Of a DNA stretch of 64,000 nt, positions 19,776 through 29,130 are shown one piece after another (position 1 is the stretch's first letter; each line of letters starts with the position of its first letter). Source of the stretch: Planctomycetota bacterium (GTDB lineage Bacteria; Planctomycetota; UBA11346). The notes beneath the pieces are model-generated. The model was not told the DNA's origin. It saw only the letters and a program-made list of their open reading frames with translations, and searched no databases. The translations under genes and the position numbers were made by a program. The stretch spans positions 53,899 to 117,898 of the forward strand of contig JBBRLJ010000012.1 in NCBI GenBank assembly GCA_038231435.1, read 5' to 3'.

Positions 19776-22700
19776 TCAGGCCACCACGACGTAGCTGATC
19801 GAGGACATCTCCAGCCTCGCCCCGGCCAGCGCCGCGCTCAGCGCTCCGGCCTGGCGCTCCTCGTCCAGCGCCTCGGCCTGCGCGCGCAGCGTCTCGGCGT
19901 GGCTCGGGCCCAGGGCCGCTTCCGCCGCCGCCGCCTGGCCTCTCGCCACCGCCACGCTCTCGGCGAATCCCGCCTCGAGACGCGCCAGCTGCGCGTCTCG
20001 CATCGCCGGCAGGCTGGCTTCCGCATGGCGTATCGCCGCGGCGCCAGCGAGACGCACGCGGTCCTGCCAGCGGGTCACCTGGTCGAGCGGACCCGCGACC
20101 ATCGGCCGGGCCCAGGCGTCGCGGCTCGCGCCCTGGCTGATGGTCGTGTCGCCGTTGCGGACGTCGAAGCCCGGAGCCAGGAGCGCGAGCGCCTCGGGAT
20201 CGGTCTCGACGGCGCCGTCGCCGCGCACGCACACGCTGATGCGCGACGGCGGCGCGATCAGGAACAGGCGGCGCAGGCTCTCGAGGCGCAGCTCGGCGGC
20301 GAGCACCGCGCCGAGATCGTAGCCGAGCGCGAACACCACGCGCACGCCTTCCCAGGCGGCGACGCCGCGCGCGGCCTTGCGCCGCCACGCCTGGGCCGCG
20401 CACCAGCGCGCGCCGGCGGCGTCGTCGAGAGTGCGGTCGACCAGGCCGTTGCCGACCGCGAAGAACGCCAGCTCCGGACGGCTGAGCGCGAGCTGGCGGT
20501 CGAGGGTACCGTGATCCGGCTTGTCGTTGTGGCGTGCGCGCAGGTGGAAGAGCTTGTGTGATTCATCGTCTCGGCGGGCGCTTCCGCCCATGCCGCGCAG
20601 CCAGCGCAGCACGGCCTCGACCGGCGCCTGCGCGGTGTCTATCGCCTGCGCGAGCTTGGCGGCCTCGGCGAAGACGCCGGTCTCCTGCTGGAAGAGCTCC
20701 TCCTCGCGGCGGTCGGCGGTGGCGCGCTCGCGGGCCACGATCCCAGCGAGCTCGGGCTCGATCGCGCGCAGCGCCTCGGCGCCAGCGGCCAGGGTCGCGG
20801 CGAGCGAACGCGCCTCGATCGCATCGGTGACGAATTCGAGCCCAGACGACGGCCCGGTGAACACCCCCACCGCGCGTTCGAGGATATCCGCCCAGGCCGC
20901 GTCCACGCACTCGGGGGAGTCGCCGGCGATCACCCAGCTGGGCACGTCGCCGTCGCGCCCGATGCGGTCGACGCGCCCGATGCGCTGCTCGACCCCGGCG
21001 ATCGACCAGGGCAGATCGTGGTGCGCCACCACCGAGACGAACTGGAAGTTGCGGCCTTCGCCGCCGAGCGGATCGCAGACCATCGCCCAGCAGCGCGCGT
21101 CGTCGCGGAAGCGGCGCGCGGCCTCCTCGCGCGCGACGGTGTCCTGGTGCGCGCCGAAAGTCTCGATCGCGTGCTCGCCGAAGGTCTCGATGAGGGCCTG
21201 CTCGAGCGGCGCGACGGTCAGGCCGTGGTTGGTGAAGATCAGCACCTTCTCTTGCGGATGCTCGATCCAGAATTCCTCGAGCCGCTTGATCAGGGCCTTG
21301 TCGCGCGACGGCACCTTCTTGCCCCACGCCGCGGCGGCGGCGCGCAATGCCTCGAGCGCCGGCGTCTCGTCGGGATTGTCGCAATGGCAGGCGGCGCTGA
21401 CCGCGACGTGGGCGGTGATCTCGTTCTCGGACAGGTCGTTGCGCAGCACCTGCGATAACGTCTCGCCCGTGAGCGCGCGGTCGCGGTACTCGGCGAATTC
21501 CTCGGGATCGGCCAAGACCGTGGCGCGCATGGCCAGCAGGCGTTCGAGCACCCGCGGGTGCGCGCCCACCGCCAATTCGACCTGCAGCAGCCAGTGCGCG
21601 AGGCGGGGTGGGATCTCCCGAGGCCCGGTTCCGCCTGCTTGCGCTTCAGCGGCTTCGGTCGACGCAGCGGCTTCGGCAAGCTTGGGTTTGCGCTTCTTCT
21701 TGCCGCCAGCGGCGGGACTACCGCCAGCGGCGGAATTGCCGCCTACAGTGGAATCGCCATCTGCTGCGGCGCTGTCAGTCGGGGCGACGTCCATGGCTGT
21801 GACAGCCCCCGCGTACGGCGACATCAGCGCCGCGCGGTATGCGGCGAACTGCTCGCGCACCGACGCTTCAGCCTTGTCGAGGGTGTAGCCGACGCGCTCG
21901 ACGGTGCGCACGGCCATGGTCAGGCCGGCGACGCCGGTGGCCTGCGAGAGCCGGGCGAGCACGTGACGGCGGTGGCGGACGATGCGGTGATCGAGCTGGT
22001 GGTGCTCGCGCACATGGGCCATGACCGATGCCCGCGCCGCTTCCAGCGCGGAGTCGTCGCCCGCCGCGGACAGCGCCTCGGCGCGGGCGGCGAGCAGGGG
22101 GTCGGCGCCGAGCAGTGCCTTCCACGCCGGAGCCAGCGCGCGCAGGCCATCAACCGTGGCGTCGCGAGTGCGGCCGAGCAGTTCGACGACGCGGTCGTGG
22201 GCGGCGAGCTTGGCGGCGAAGCCTTCGTGATCGTCGACGCGGTACACCTGCGGCTGCAGAAGCGCCAGCAGCGCGAGGTACGCGTCCGGATGCTGGCGGG
22301 CGGGCGTCGCCGAGAGCAGCAGTACGTGCGGGCTGTGGCGGCTGAGCAGCGAGACGCGCTTGTAGAGCACGCCATGCGGCTGCATGCGGTGGCACTCGTC
22401 CACCACCAACAGGTCCCATTGCGACTGCGCGACGCGCAGCGCGCCCTTGTTGTCGAGTTCCTCGAGCGCGCGGTTCGAGGCGATGACGAACTGCTCGTCC
22501 TTCCAGGGATTGCCCGGATGGGTCTGCAGGCGTTCGCTGTCGAGCATCAGGAAGGGGCGGCCGCCGAACTTGACGAACAACTCGAGGAACCATTGGCTGA
22601 CCAGCGCGCCGGGCACCACCACCAGCACGCGCAGGGTCGGCTGCATCGCCAGCAGCGACTGCATGACCAATCCCGCCTCGATGGTCTTGCCGAGTCCGAC

Positions 22701-23291
22701 CTCGTCGGCGAGCAGGAAGCGGATCTGGCGATCGGCGAGCACACGCCGAGCCGTTAGCAGCTGGTGCGGCAGGGGGCGCACGCGCGCGCCGGCGAGCGAG
22801 ACCACGCCGCCGGTTCCCGACCACGCCGAGTCGCGCCAGGCGAGCAGCTCCTCGCGCGCGCTGAAGATCGGCGGGCCCCAGGGCTCGGGCGGCGATCGCG
22901 TGCCATGTGCCGGGCGCAGGTCGTGGAAGGTCGCGGTGGCGAGTTGCTCGAGCGGATCCGAGGGGATCGTCACCGACGCGATGGCGTCCTCGCGAATCCG
23001 CGTCTCGACGCCGTCCTCGTAGCGCACGCCATAGACCAGCAGACCGCTGGTAGCGTCGCGCTGGATCCCCTGCGGCAGGATGTGCGCCGCGCGTGGCGCG
23101 GCGCCGGAGACCGCCACCGTCACGCGGGTGCCGGGCAGCAGCGCGTAGCGCGATACCTGGCGGCTCTCCTGCGTCTTGACCGCGCCGGTGGTGAGGAAGC
23201 GGATGGTGGAGTTGCCGCCCTGTTCGGCGGTCAAGCGCGCGACACCCTCGGATTGCAGTTCGGGAATCGCGACCAGGGCTCCGACGGGCAT
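19776..23291 (-). CDS. SNF2-family ATPase, RapA/HepA-like
   Basis: LPHQL, LLADEVGLGKTIEAG, VDECH, LLSATP, GGEGRNFQF, DLPW...EQRIGR.DRIG. Confidence 0.88.
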   Translation of the reverse strand: MPVGALVAIPELQSEGVARLTAEQGGNSTIRFLTTGAVKTQESRQVSRYALLPGTRVTVAVSGAAPRAAHILPQGIQRDATSGLLVYGVRYEDGVETRIREDAIASVTIPSDPLEQLATATFHDLRPAHGTRSPPEPWGPPIFSAREELLAWRDSAWSGTGGVVSLAGARVRPLPHQLLTARRVLADRQIRFLLADEVGLGKTIEAGLVMQSLLAMQPTLRVLVVVPGALVSQWFLELFVKFGGRPFLMLDSERLQTHPGNPWKDEQFVIASNRALEELDNKGALRVAQSQWDLLVVDECHRMQPHGVLYKRVSLLSRHSPHVLLLSATPARQHPDAYLALLALLQPQVYRVDDHEGFAAKLAAHDRVVELLGRTRDATVDGLRALAPAWKALLGADPLLAARAEALSAAGDDSALEAARASVMAHVREHHQLDHRIVRHRRHVLARLSQATGVAGLTMAVRTVERVGYTLDKAEASVREQFAAYRAALMSPYAGAVTAMDVAPTDSAAADGDSTVGGNSAAGGSPAAGGKKKRKPKLAEAAASTEAAEAQAGGTGPREIPPRLAHWLLQVELAVGAHPRVLERLLAMRATVLADPEEFAEYRDRALTGETLSQVLRNDLSENEITAHVAVSAACHCDNPDETPALEALRAAAAAWGKKVPSRDKALIKRLEEFWIEHPQEKVLIFTNHGLTVAPLEQALIETFGEHAIETFGAHQDTVAREEAARRFRDDARCWAMVCDPLGGEGRNFQFVSVVAHHDLPWSIAGVEQRIGRVDRIGRDGDVPSWVIAGDSPECVDAAWADILERAVGVFTGPSSGLEFVTDAIEARSLAATLAAGAEALRAIEPELAGIVARERATADRREEELFQQETGVFAEAAKLAQAIDTAQAPVEAVLRWLRGMGGSARRDDESHKLFHLRARHNDKPDHGTLDRQLALSRPELAFFAVGNGLVDRTLDDAAGARWCAAQAWRRKAARGVAAWEGVRVVFALGYDLGAVLAAELRLESLRRLFLIAPPSRISVCVRGDGAVETDPEALALLAPGFDVRNGDTTISQGASRDAWARPMVAGPLDQVTRWQDRVRLAGAAAIRHAEASLPAMRDAQLARLEAGFAESVAVARGQAAAAEAALGPSHAETLRAQAEALDEERQAGALSAALAGARLEMSSISYVVVA

Positions 23292-23318
23292 CGCGGGAGC
23301 TTAGATGGAGAGGTGAGA

Positions 23319-23447
23319 AGCGGAAAGCGGAAAGCTCAGAGGGAGCGGAGAGCAGAGAGTAGAGAGTAGAGAGCGGAACGTCGCATGGCCGTTCGTCGTT
23401 CCCTGTCGACTTGTTGCTGTGCGCTCTCGGCTCTCTGCTCTTTGCCT
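23319..23447. repeat. Inverted pair of 7-bp degenerate arrays (AGYRGAR / YTCYGCT)
   Basis: agcggaa agcggaa ... agcggag agcagag agtagag agtagag agcggaa, then tgcgctc tcggctc tctgctc. Confidence 0.78.
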
Positions 23448-23455
23448 CATCAACA

Positions 23456-24157
23456 TCAAGGCCGCCATCCCCGCAGCTTGCGCACCGCGTCGCGATGCCC
23501 GTTGGCCTCGGCGAGATCGAGGGCGGTCTTGCCGTCGGCGGAGCGCACCGCGGGATCGGCACGATGGCGCTCGAGCACTTCGAGCATGGGCAGATCACCG
23601 CGTGCGGCGGCGTAGTGGAGCGGCGCGTAACCGCAGACTTCGTTCGGATCCGCGCCCTGCGACAGGAAGAAGGCGACGCCATCGAGTCTGCCGGCGAATG
23701 CCGAGGCGTGCAGCGGGGTGTTGGCGAGGCCGTTGCGCGAGCGCAGGCGGATGTCGGCACCCCCCGCCACCAGGGCCGCGCGCATGTCATCGTCGCCGGC
23801 CAGGTGCAGCGCCGTCCAACCATCGCCCGAGTAGGCGTTCGCGGCGGCTTCGTCGCCGGTGAGCGCCAGCACCCGTTCCAGATCGCCGACCGCGGCCGCC
23901 TCGACCACGTCGAGCTCGACGCCGCTATCGAGCAGCACCCCGAGCACACGGCGGTGGTCGTCGGTGACCTTGGCCGGATCCGCGAAGTGGATCGTGTAGT
24001 ACGCTTTGAGGATCGCCGAGGCGCCAGCGTCGAAGCCGTCCTTCACGCGTGCCCGTGCCAGGGCGGGATCACGCGCGAGCAGCTCCTTCACCGTGGTGAG
24101 ATCCCCTGCCGCGATGGCCGAAATCATGCGCTGCCCGTCATCGTCGTCCTGGCCCAT
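23456..24157 (-). CDS. Ankyrin repeat protein
   Basis: DGWTALHLA, NTPLHASA, YAPLHYAA..G, DGKTALDLA. Confidence 0.9.
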   Translation of the reverse strand: MGQDDDDGQRMISAIAAGDLTTVKELLARDPALARARVKDGFDAGASAILKAYYTIHFADPAKVTDDHRRVLGVLLDSGVELDVVEAAAVGDLERVLALTGDEAAANAYSGDGWTALHLAGDDDMRAALVAGGADIRLRSRNGLANTPLHASAFAGRLDGVAFFLSQGADPNEVCGYAPLHYAAARGDLPMLEVLERHRADPAVRSADGKTALDLAEANGHRDAVRKLRGWRP

Positions 24158-24300
24158 CGGTCGCTCCTGGTCATGGCGCGTGCGCGCGCATGCGAGTGGA
24201 TGGATACTGGCTGATCGGCACGCGTAAACGGAAAGGCGTGGCGCTGGCCGGAGGGGCGCTTTGCGGTGGCCCGCTCGTCGCCATGCTGCGATCCCCGACC

Positions 24301-25299
24301 ATGGACGTCACGACCAGCGATGATGGAGACCGGAGGAAGACAGGTTCGCGTAAGCATCGGCGGGCCTACGCGGCCCTGGTGGTCGGCGCGCTCGGCATCG
24401 GGGTGGCGCCGTTGTTCGTGCGCTGGATCCACCAGGACTACCACGTGGGTCCGACGGCGATCGCGTTCTGGCGCATGGTGTTCGCGCTGCCGGTGTTCGC
24501 AGTGGTACTGGGTCTGCGCAGAGGCCGGTCGATCCCCGTCAACGCCGCCGATCTTGACGCCGTGCATGTCCTCGATCATGCCGCCGTGGAAGCGCCCGCT
24601 ATCCAGACCGCCGGCACCGTCGATCCGAGCCGGGCGTGGGTGGCCGCGGCGGGGATCTTTTTCGCCGCGGATCTCGCGATGTGGCACTGGTCTTTGATCG
24701 AGACCTCGATCGCCAACGCCACGCTGCTCGGCAATCTCGCTCCGGTCTTCGTGGCCGCGGGGGCGGCGGCGCTCTTCGCTCAGCCGTGCAGCCGTTGGTT
24801 TGCCATCGCCCTGGCATTCACCGTGCTGGGCGGGGCGTGCCTGGTCGCGTCCAGCGCCGATCTCGGACGCGAACATCTCCAGGGCGATGGACTGGCGCTC
24901 GGATCCGCCGTCATGTACGCCGCCTACATCTTGACGGTTTCGCGCCTGCGCCGGCGCTTCGAGGCGATGGCGATCATGACCTGGTCTGGAACCGTCGCGA
25001 TGGCGGTGTTCCTGGCGATCGCACTTATCGCTGGCGATTCCTTCCGCCCCACAGCTGGCGGCGGATGGCTGGCGTTGCTGGCGTTCGCGCTGGTGTCGCA
25101 GGTGCTGGGACAGGGCCTGGTCGTCTATGCGCTGGACGTGGTATCCGCGCCATTCACCTCGGTGATGCTGCTGATCCAGCCGGTGCTCGCGACCCTGCTC
25201 GCCTGGCCGCTCTTCGGTGAGCCGATCGGTTCGCTGCAGGCGGTGGGCGCGGTAGTGGTCCTCGCGGCCATCGTGCTGGCGAAGCGATCATCGCCATGA
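24301..25299 (+). CDS. DMT/EamA family transporter
   Basis: About 10 TM; IAFWRM, TSIANATLLGNLAPVFV, GD.LAL, LIQPV.A..LAW.LFGE; start uncertain. Confidence 0.88.
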   Translation: MDVTTSDDGDRRKTGSRKHRRAYAALVVGALGIGVAPLFVRWIHQDYHVGPTAIAFWRMVFALPVFAVVLGLRRGRSIPVNAADLDAVHVLDHAAVEAPAIQTAGTVDPSRAWVAAAGIFFAADLAMWHWSLIETSIANATLLGNLAPVFVAAGAAALFAQPCSRWFAIALAFTVLGGACLVASSADLGREHLQGDGLALGSAVMYAAYILTVSRLRRRFEAMAIMTWSGTVAMAVFLAIALIAGDSFRPTAGGGWLALLAFALVSQVLGQGLVVYALDVVSAPFTSVMLLIQPVLATLLAWPLFGEPIGSLQAVGAVVVLAAIVLAKRSSP

Positions 25300-26277
25300 T
25301 CACCGCCTGATCTGCTGCACCTGAGCCGCCGTGAGCGTTGGCTCGGACCTCGGCTTCGACAAGATGATCGCCGCGACCGCGATGACGATGAGCGCGCCGG
25401 CGCCCAGCATCATCGGCGTCACCTGTTCGTCCTTCATCGCCCAACCGAGCAGCACCGCCACCGCGGGATTGACGAACGCGTAGGTCGCGACCTTCGCCGG
25501 CGCCACCCAGCGCAGCAGGAACATGAAGGCGCAGAAGCCGACGATCGCGCCGATCACCACCAGGTAGACCAGCGCAAGCAGCGAGCGCAGGCTGACCTGA
25601 GACGGCTCGAATCCCGCCGGTTCACCGGTGACGATCGACAGCATCAGCAGTGCGATGCCCCCGCAGATCATCTGCAGGGCCGAGGACATCCACGGCGACT
25701 CCGGCAGCGGCAGCCCCTTCGAGCTCAGCGAGCCGATGGACCAGCAGAGCGCCGAGACCAGCACCACCATCGAGCCGACCACCACGTGCGCGCGCTCGAT
25801 CACCGCCGCGCCCGACGTCGCAGACGCGGCGGGCGCCGACATCAGCAGGAGCGCGACGCCGCCCAGCCCTATCGCCAGGCCCGCAGCCTGCATTGGCCGG
25901 GGAGCCGCCGATTTTCCCATGCTCCAGGGGATCACCGTCATCCACATCGGCGTGGTTGCGACGATCAGCGCTGCCGTGCCGGATGGCACCCAGCGCTCGG
26001 CCCATGACACCAGGCCATTGCCGCCGACGAACAGCAAGGTGCCGACGATGGTGGCCGAGCGCAGCTGCGTGCGATCAGGCGCCGGCTCGCCGCGCAGGCG
26101 CATGATGGCATAGAGGATGCCACCGGCGACGAGGAAGCGCGCGGTGGCCATCAGGAACGGCGGCATGGTCTCGATGGCGATCGCGATGCCGAGGTACGTG
26201 CTGCCCCACACCACGTAGAGCGCGAGGAAGGCGAAGACGATGGCGGCCGTCGAGGGCCGGCGTGCGGAGGGGGGCAT
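25300..26277 (-). CDS. EamA family transporter (YedA-like)
   Basis: LYVVWGSTYLGI, PPFLM..ARFL.AG, GNGLV.WAE..VPSG.AAL, TYAFVNPAVAV.LG. Confidence 0.9.
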   Translation of the reverse strand: MPPSARRPSTAAIVFAFLALYVVWGSTYLGIAIAIETMPPFLMATARFLVAGGILYAIMRLRGEPAPDRTQLRSATIVGTLLFVGGNGLVSWAERWVPSGTAALIVATTPMWMTVIPWSMGKSAAPRPMQAAGLAIGLGGVALLLMSAPAASATSGAAVIERAHVVVGSMVVLVSALCWSIGSLSSKGLPLPESPWMSSALQMICGGIALLMLSIVTGEPAGFEPSQVSLRSLLALVYLVVIGAIVGFCAFMFLLRWVAPAKVATYAFVNPAVAVLLGWAMKDEQVTPMMLGAGALIVIAVAAIILSKPRSEPTLTAAQVQQIRR

Positions 26278-26577
26278 GGGATGTTCGTTGATGTCCGTTG
26301 GCGAAAGGGAGATGGTCGCGCGAGCGGCGACCCTCAAGGCGATTCGGGATTAGAGCGTAGCTCGTACCCGAATTCGCGCGCAACGGTCCGGATACCCGAG
26401 GTCGATAATCCCCCGAAGCCCGTGCATCCCGCCGCATCTCATCCATCGCACCATAGCCGCCGCCCACGCGATCCCGAAGGCGCCGATCGGGCGCTCCTGA
26501 TTCGTCTCGATGTGGGGAACGAGCGGCATGACTGAAGTCTCACAAAAGTGTCGCGCCAGGCAAGGAGCCGCGGGCGT

Positions 26578-26837
26578 GTAGAGGCCTCCGCCCCTACGGC
26601 CTGCGGCCCGGGGGCGGAGCCCCCGAAACAAATACAGCTAGAGGACTCCACTGCCCGCAGGACGCAGCCCCTGAAAATTCACGCACTCGGGGGCCCCATC
26701 GCCCGCGATGGGGCGGACGCCGAGGGGCGGTCGGCGGATACAATCGGCGTAGCCGATCCGCCGACGATGTCGTAGCGCAGCGTAGACATCGAGCCCCGAC
26801 AAAGGCCGTGGGGGCCCGGGGGCGGAGCCCCCGAAAC
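26578..26837 (+). repeat. Composite structured repeat: terminal hairpins, hairpin D, module A with B-type tail
   Basis: Module A at 26718-26812 nearly identical to 19634-19729; gggggcGGAgcccccgaaac tail present twice; abuts the PhyH stop codon. Confidence 0.93.
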
Positions 26838-27634
26838 TAAAAGAGCTTGGGATTGCGCGGCGTCGCGATCGGCTCGCCGATCACCGCCCCCGGCATCCAT
26901 CCCAGGTCGGCCTCTTGGTTGACGCTAGCCGGCTTCGCCAGGCGCATGCCGTCCTCGAAGTAGATGACGGTCATGACCGCGCGCGGCCGCTCGGTGCGGT
27001 TTGGCCCAGCGCGGTGGAAGGTCCAGCCGCTATGGAAGCTGACCTCGCCGAGCGCGAACGCCGAGACCTCGACGGGGAGATCCTTGAGCGTCTTGGCGAG
27101 CACGCGCTCGCTCTCGTCGCCGATCACCAGGTTGCGGCCGAAATCAGCGCGGTGGCTGGTGACCGAGAACTCGAGCGGGCCCATCTCGAGGGGCACGGCC
27201 TGGAAGGGCGCCCACACCGTGCAGCAGTTGTTGTTGCCGAGTGGCCAATACGCCTGGTCGGCATGCCACGGCGTGAAACCGCCACCGGGCTCCTTGTAGA
27301 GGGCTTGATCGTGGTACATGCGTACGCCGGCCACGCCCATCAGTTCGGCGGCGATGCGCGCGAGGCGCTTCGAGAACACGAATTCGCGCGCGGTCTGGTC
27401 GCGCTCCCAGAGGTTCATGACCTGCAGGAATGCCTTGCCGTAGGTGTCGCGCGCTTCGATCGGTCGCTTGTCGCCGAGCTCACGCACCAGAGCGCTGATG
27501 CGCGAACCGTAGTGCTCGAGGAGGTTCGCGCCGAGCACGTCGCGGAGCTTGATGAAGCCCTGCTCGTGGAAACTGGCGATCTGCTCGCGGCTCAGCGGAT
27601 AGTGGGTGTCCAGATCGTGCAGCAAGGCGGGCAT
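26837..27634 (-). CDS. PhyH family dioxygenase
   Basis: VRMYHDQALYKEPGGG.TPWHADQ.YWP, FH.GWTFHRAG.N...R. Confidence 0.92.
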   Translation of the reverse strand: MPALLHDLDTHYPLSREQIASFHEQGFIKLRDVLGANLLEHYGSRISALVRELGDKRPIEARDTYGKAFLQVMNLWERDQTAREFVFSKRLARIAAELMGVAGVRMYHDQALYKEPGGGFTPWHADQAYWPLGNNNCCTVWAPFQAVPLEMGPLEFSVTSHRADFGRNLVIGDESERVLAKTLKDLPVEVSAFALGEVSFHSGWTFHRAGPNRTERPRAVMTVIYFEDGMRLAKPASVNQEADLGWMPGAVIGEPIATPRNPKLF

Positions 27635-27739
27635 GGGCGGCTCCTGGAATAGTCTACCCCGGTTGGCCCGTGCTGGCCACTACCCCTCAGTCAACCGCGA
27701 CAGGTACGATGTTGCCATGCAGCCGAGCCGCAGTCGCGA

Positions 27740-27975
27740 ACCGGAGCAAGCGTTCCAGGTTCCACGAGCTCATATCGGTCGGCACGGGAGCGAACTTCCC
27801 GTGCAAGGGCGCGGTTGTCCCCACCTTCGAATTCTCCTGGCATGAGCATCCCGGGATCGAATTGACGTTGACCGTAGAGCGGCGCGGCACGCGCCATGAC
27901 GGTGACGCGGTCGGGGGAATTCGCCGCGGGCTTCTTCACCTGATCGGCTCGGACTCTGCGCATACCGGCAAGCAC
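27740..27975 (+). pseudogene. Decayed N-terminal cupin fragment of an AraC regulator
   Basis: FEFSWHEHPGIELTL...GTRH.GD.V...L.LIGSD.AH resembles the AraC sensor motif WHxHPExELT...G.R.VGD...DLxLIG.xLPH; no HTH follows; divergent from PhyH. Confidence 0.6.
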
Positions 27976-28103
27976 CGCGCCGGCTCCCGGGCGGACCGCG
28001 CATTCGATCTTTGCCGAGTATCGGAGGGCTGCGCAAGGATGGTGGGGTCAACGGTATTCCACTTGTTGTTCAACCGAGTTGAATATAAATCATACCAGTT
28101 GAC

Positions 28104-29036
28104 ATGAGCGATCAGACCACCGTCCGAAGCCTCACCAACGTCCTGGGCAAACGCTCGGTGCGTATGGCCATGCTGAACACCATGGCGGACCTCGACGTCA
28201 ATGCCTCGATCGCGCGCCAGGCGTCGTGGGGCATCAGGGACCTCGACCTCAAGGACGGCATCTTCGGCAAGGCGGTGCTCGACCTCGACGACACGGAGGC
28301 GGCCGCCGTCATCGCTTCGGCCAGGGATCACGGCATGACCGTCCATTGCCTGTCTACGTCCCTGTTCTTCGACGATGTCGAGCTTGGCGAGGAACGATTC
28401 CGCATGCACCATCTGGCGCGGATCGATCGTGCTATCGCCATTGCCCGCATCATGCGGCCGCGGTTGGTGCGGCTGCTCGCCGCGCGTTCTTCGCGACCGC
28501 GGCCACTAGGCGAGAACGCGATCGAGCGCCTGGACCGCGACCATCCATGGCTGGTGGGGATGTACGCCGAGGCCATCGATCGACTGCACGCGGCCGGGTT
28601 CGGTTCCACCATCGAGAACGAGGTCCACGGCTGCGTACTATCGACGCCAGACGAAGTGCTGGCGTTGTTCGCCAGGCTCGGTCGTCGCGACCGACTGTGC
28701 TTCACCTGGGACGTGCAGAACCTGTGGGAGCAGGGGACTTTTCCCACCGTGGCAGTGTATGAGCGGCTGCGACCGCTGATCGGGTACTACCATCTCAAGG
28801 GCGGTCGTAGTGAATCCGTCGGAGATGGCGCCGGCGAGCCACTGGTGTGGAATTGCGGGCTCGCTGATGCGTCATGGCCGGTGATCGAGCTCACGCAGCG
28901 CGTGGCGAGAGATGGAGTGAGTCCGGTGATGTGTCTGAATCCGTCGCATGGGAAGCGGATCGATGGCTACGATTACGCCGATGCGGCGTGGCGGGATCTG
29001 GTGTACCTGAGGGGGGCTGTCGCTGAGATCGGGTGA
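28104..29036 (+). CDS. Xylose-isomerase-like TIM barrel (sugar phosphate isomerase/epimerase family)
   Basis: IENE, WD..N, YYHLKG motifs; start may be 28143 region. Confidence 0.78.
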   Translation: MSDQTTVRSLTNVLGKRSVRMAMLNTMADLDVNASIARQASWGIRDLDLKDGIFGKAVLDLDDTEAAAVIASARDHGMTVHCLSTSLFFDDVELGEERFRMHHLARIDRAIAIARIMRPRLVRLLAARSSRPRPLGENAIERLDRDHPWLVGMYAEAIDRLHAAGFGSTIENEVHGCVLSTPDEVLALFARLGRRDRLCFTWDVQNLWEQGTFPTVAVYERLRPLIGYYHLKGGRSESVGDGAGEPLVWNCGLADASWPVIELTQRVARDGVSPVMCLNPSHGKRIDGYDYADAAWRDLVYLRGAVAEIG

Positions 29037-29047
29037 GAGGAGGAGAA

Positions 29048-29103
29048 AAGCGGGAGTCGAGAAGCAGAAAGCACAAAGCGGCGAGCGGCGAGCGGCGAGC
29101 GAG
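29048..29103 (+). repeat. 7-bp degenerate tandem array (RAGCRRN)
   Basis: aagcggg agtcgag aagcaga aagcaca aagcggc gagcggc gagcggc gagcgag between convergent genes. Confidence 0.75.
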
Positions 29104-29130
29104 CATTTACGGTAGTAGACAGAATCCTCG

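Noticed and set aside
19776..24157. SNF2 plus ankyrin as an anti-phage defence island
   Set aside because: No nuclease, methylase or other defence partner nearby; the motifs fit a RapA-like protein and the context is metabolic.
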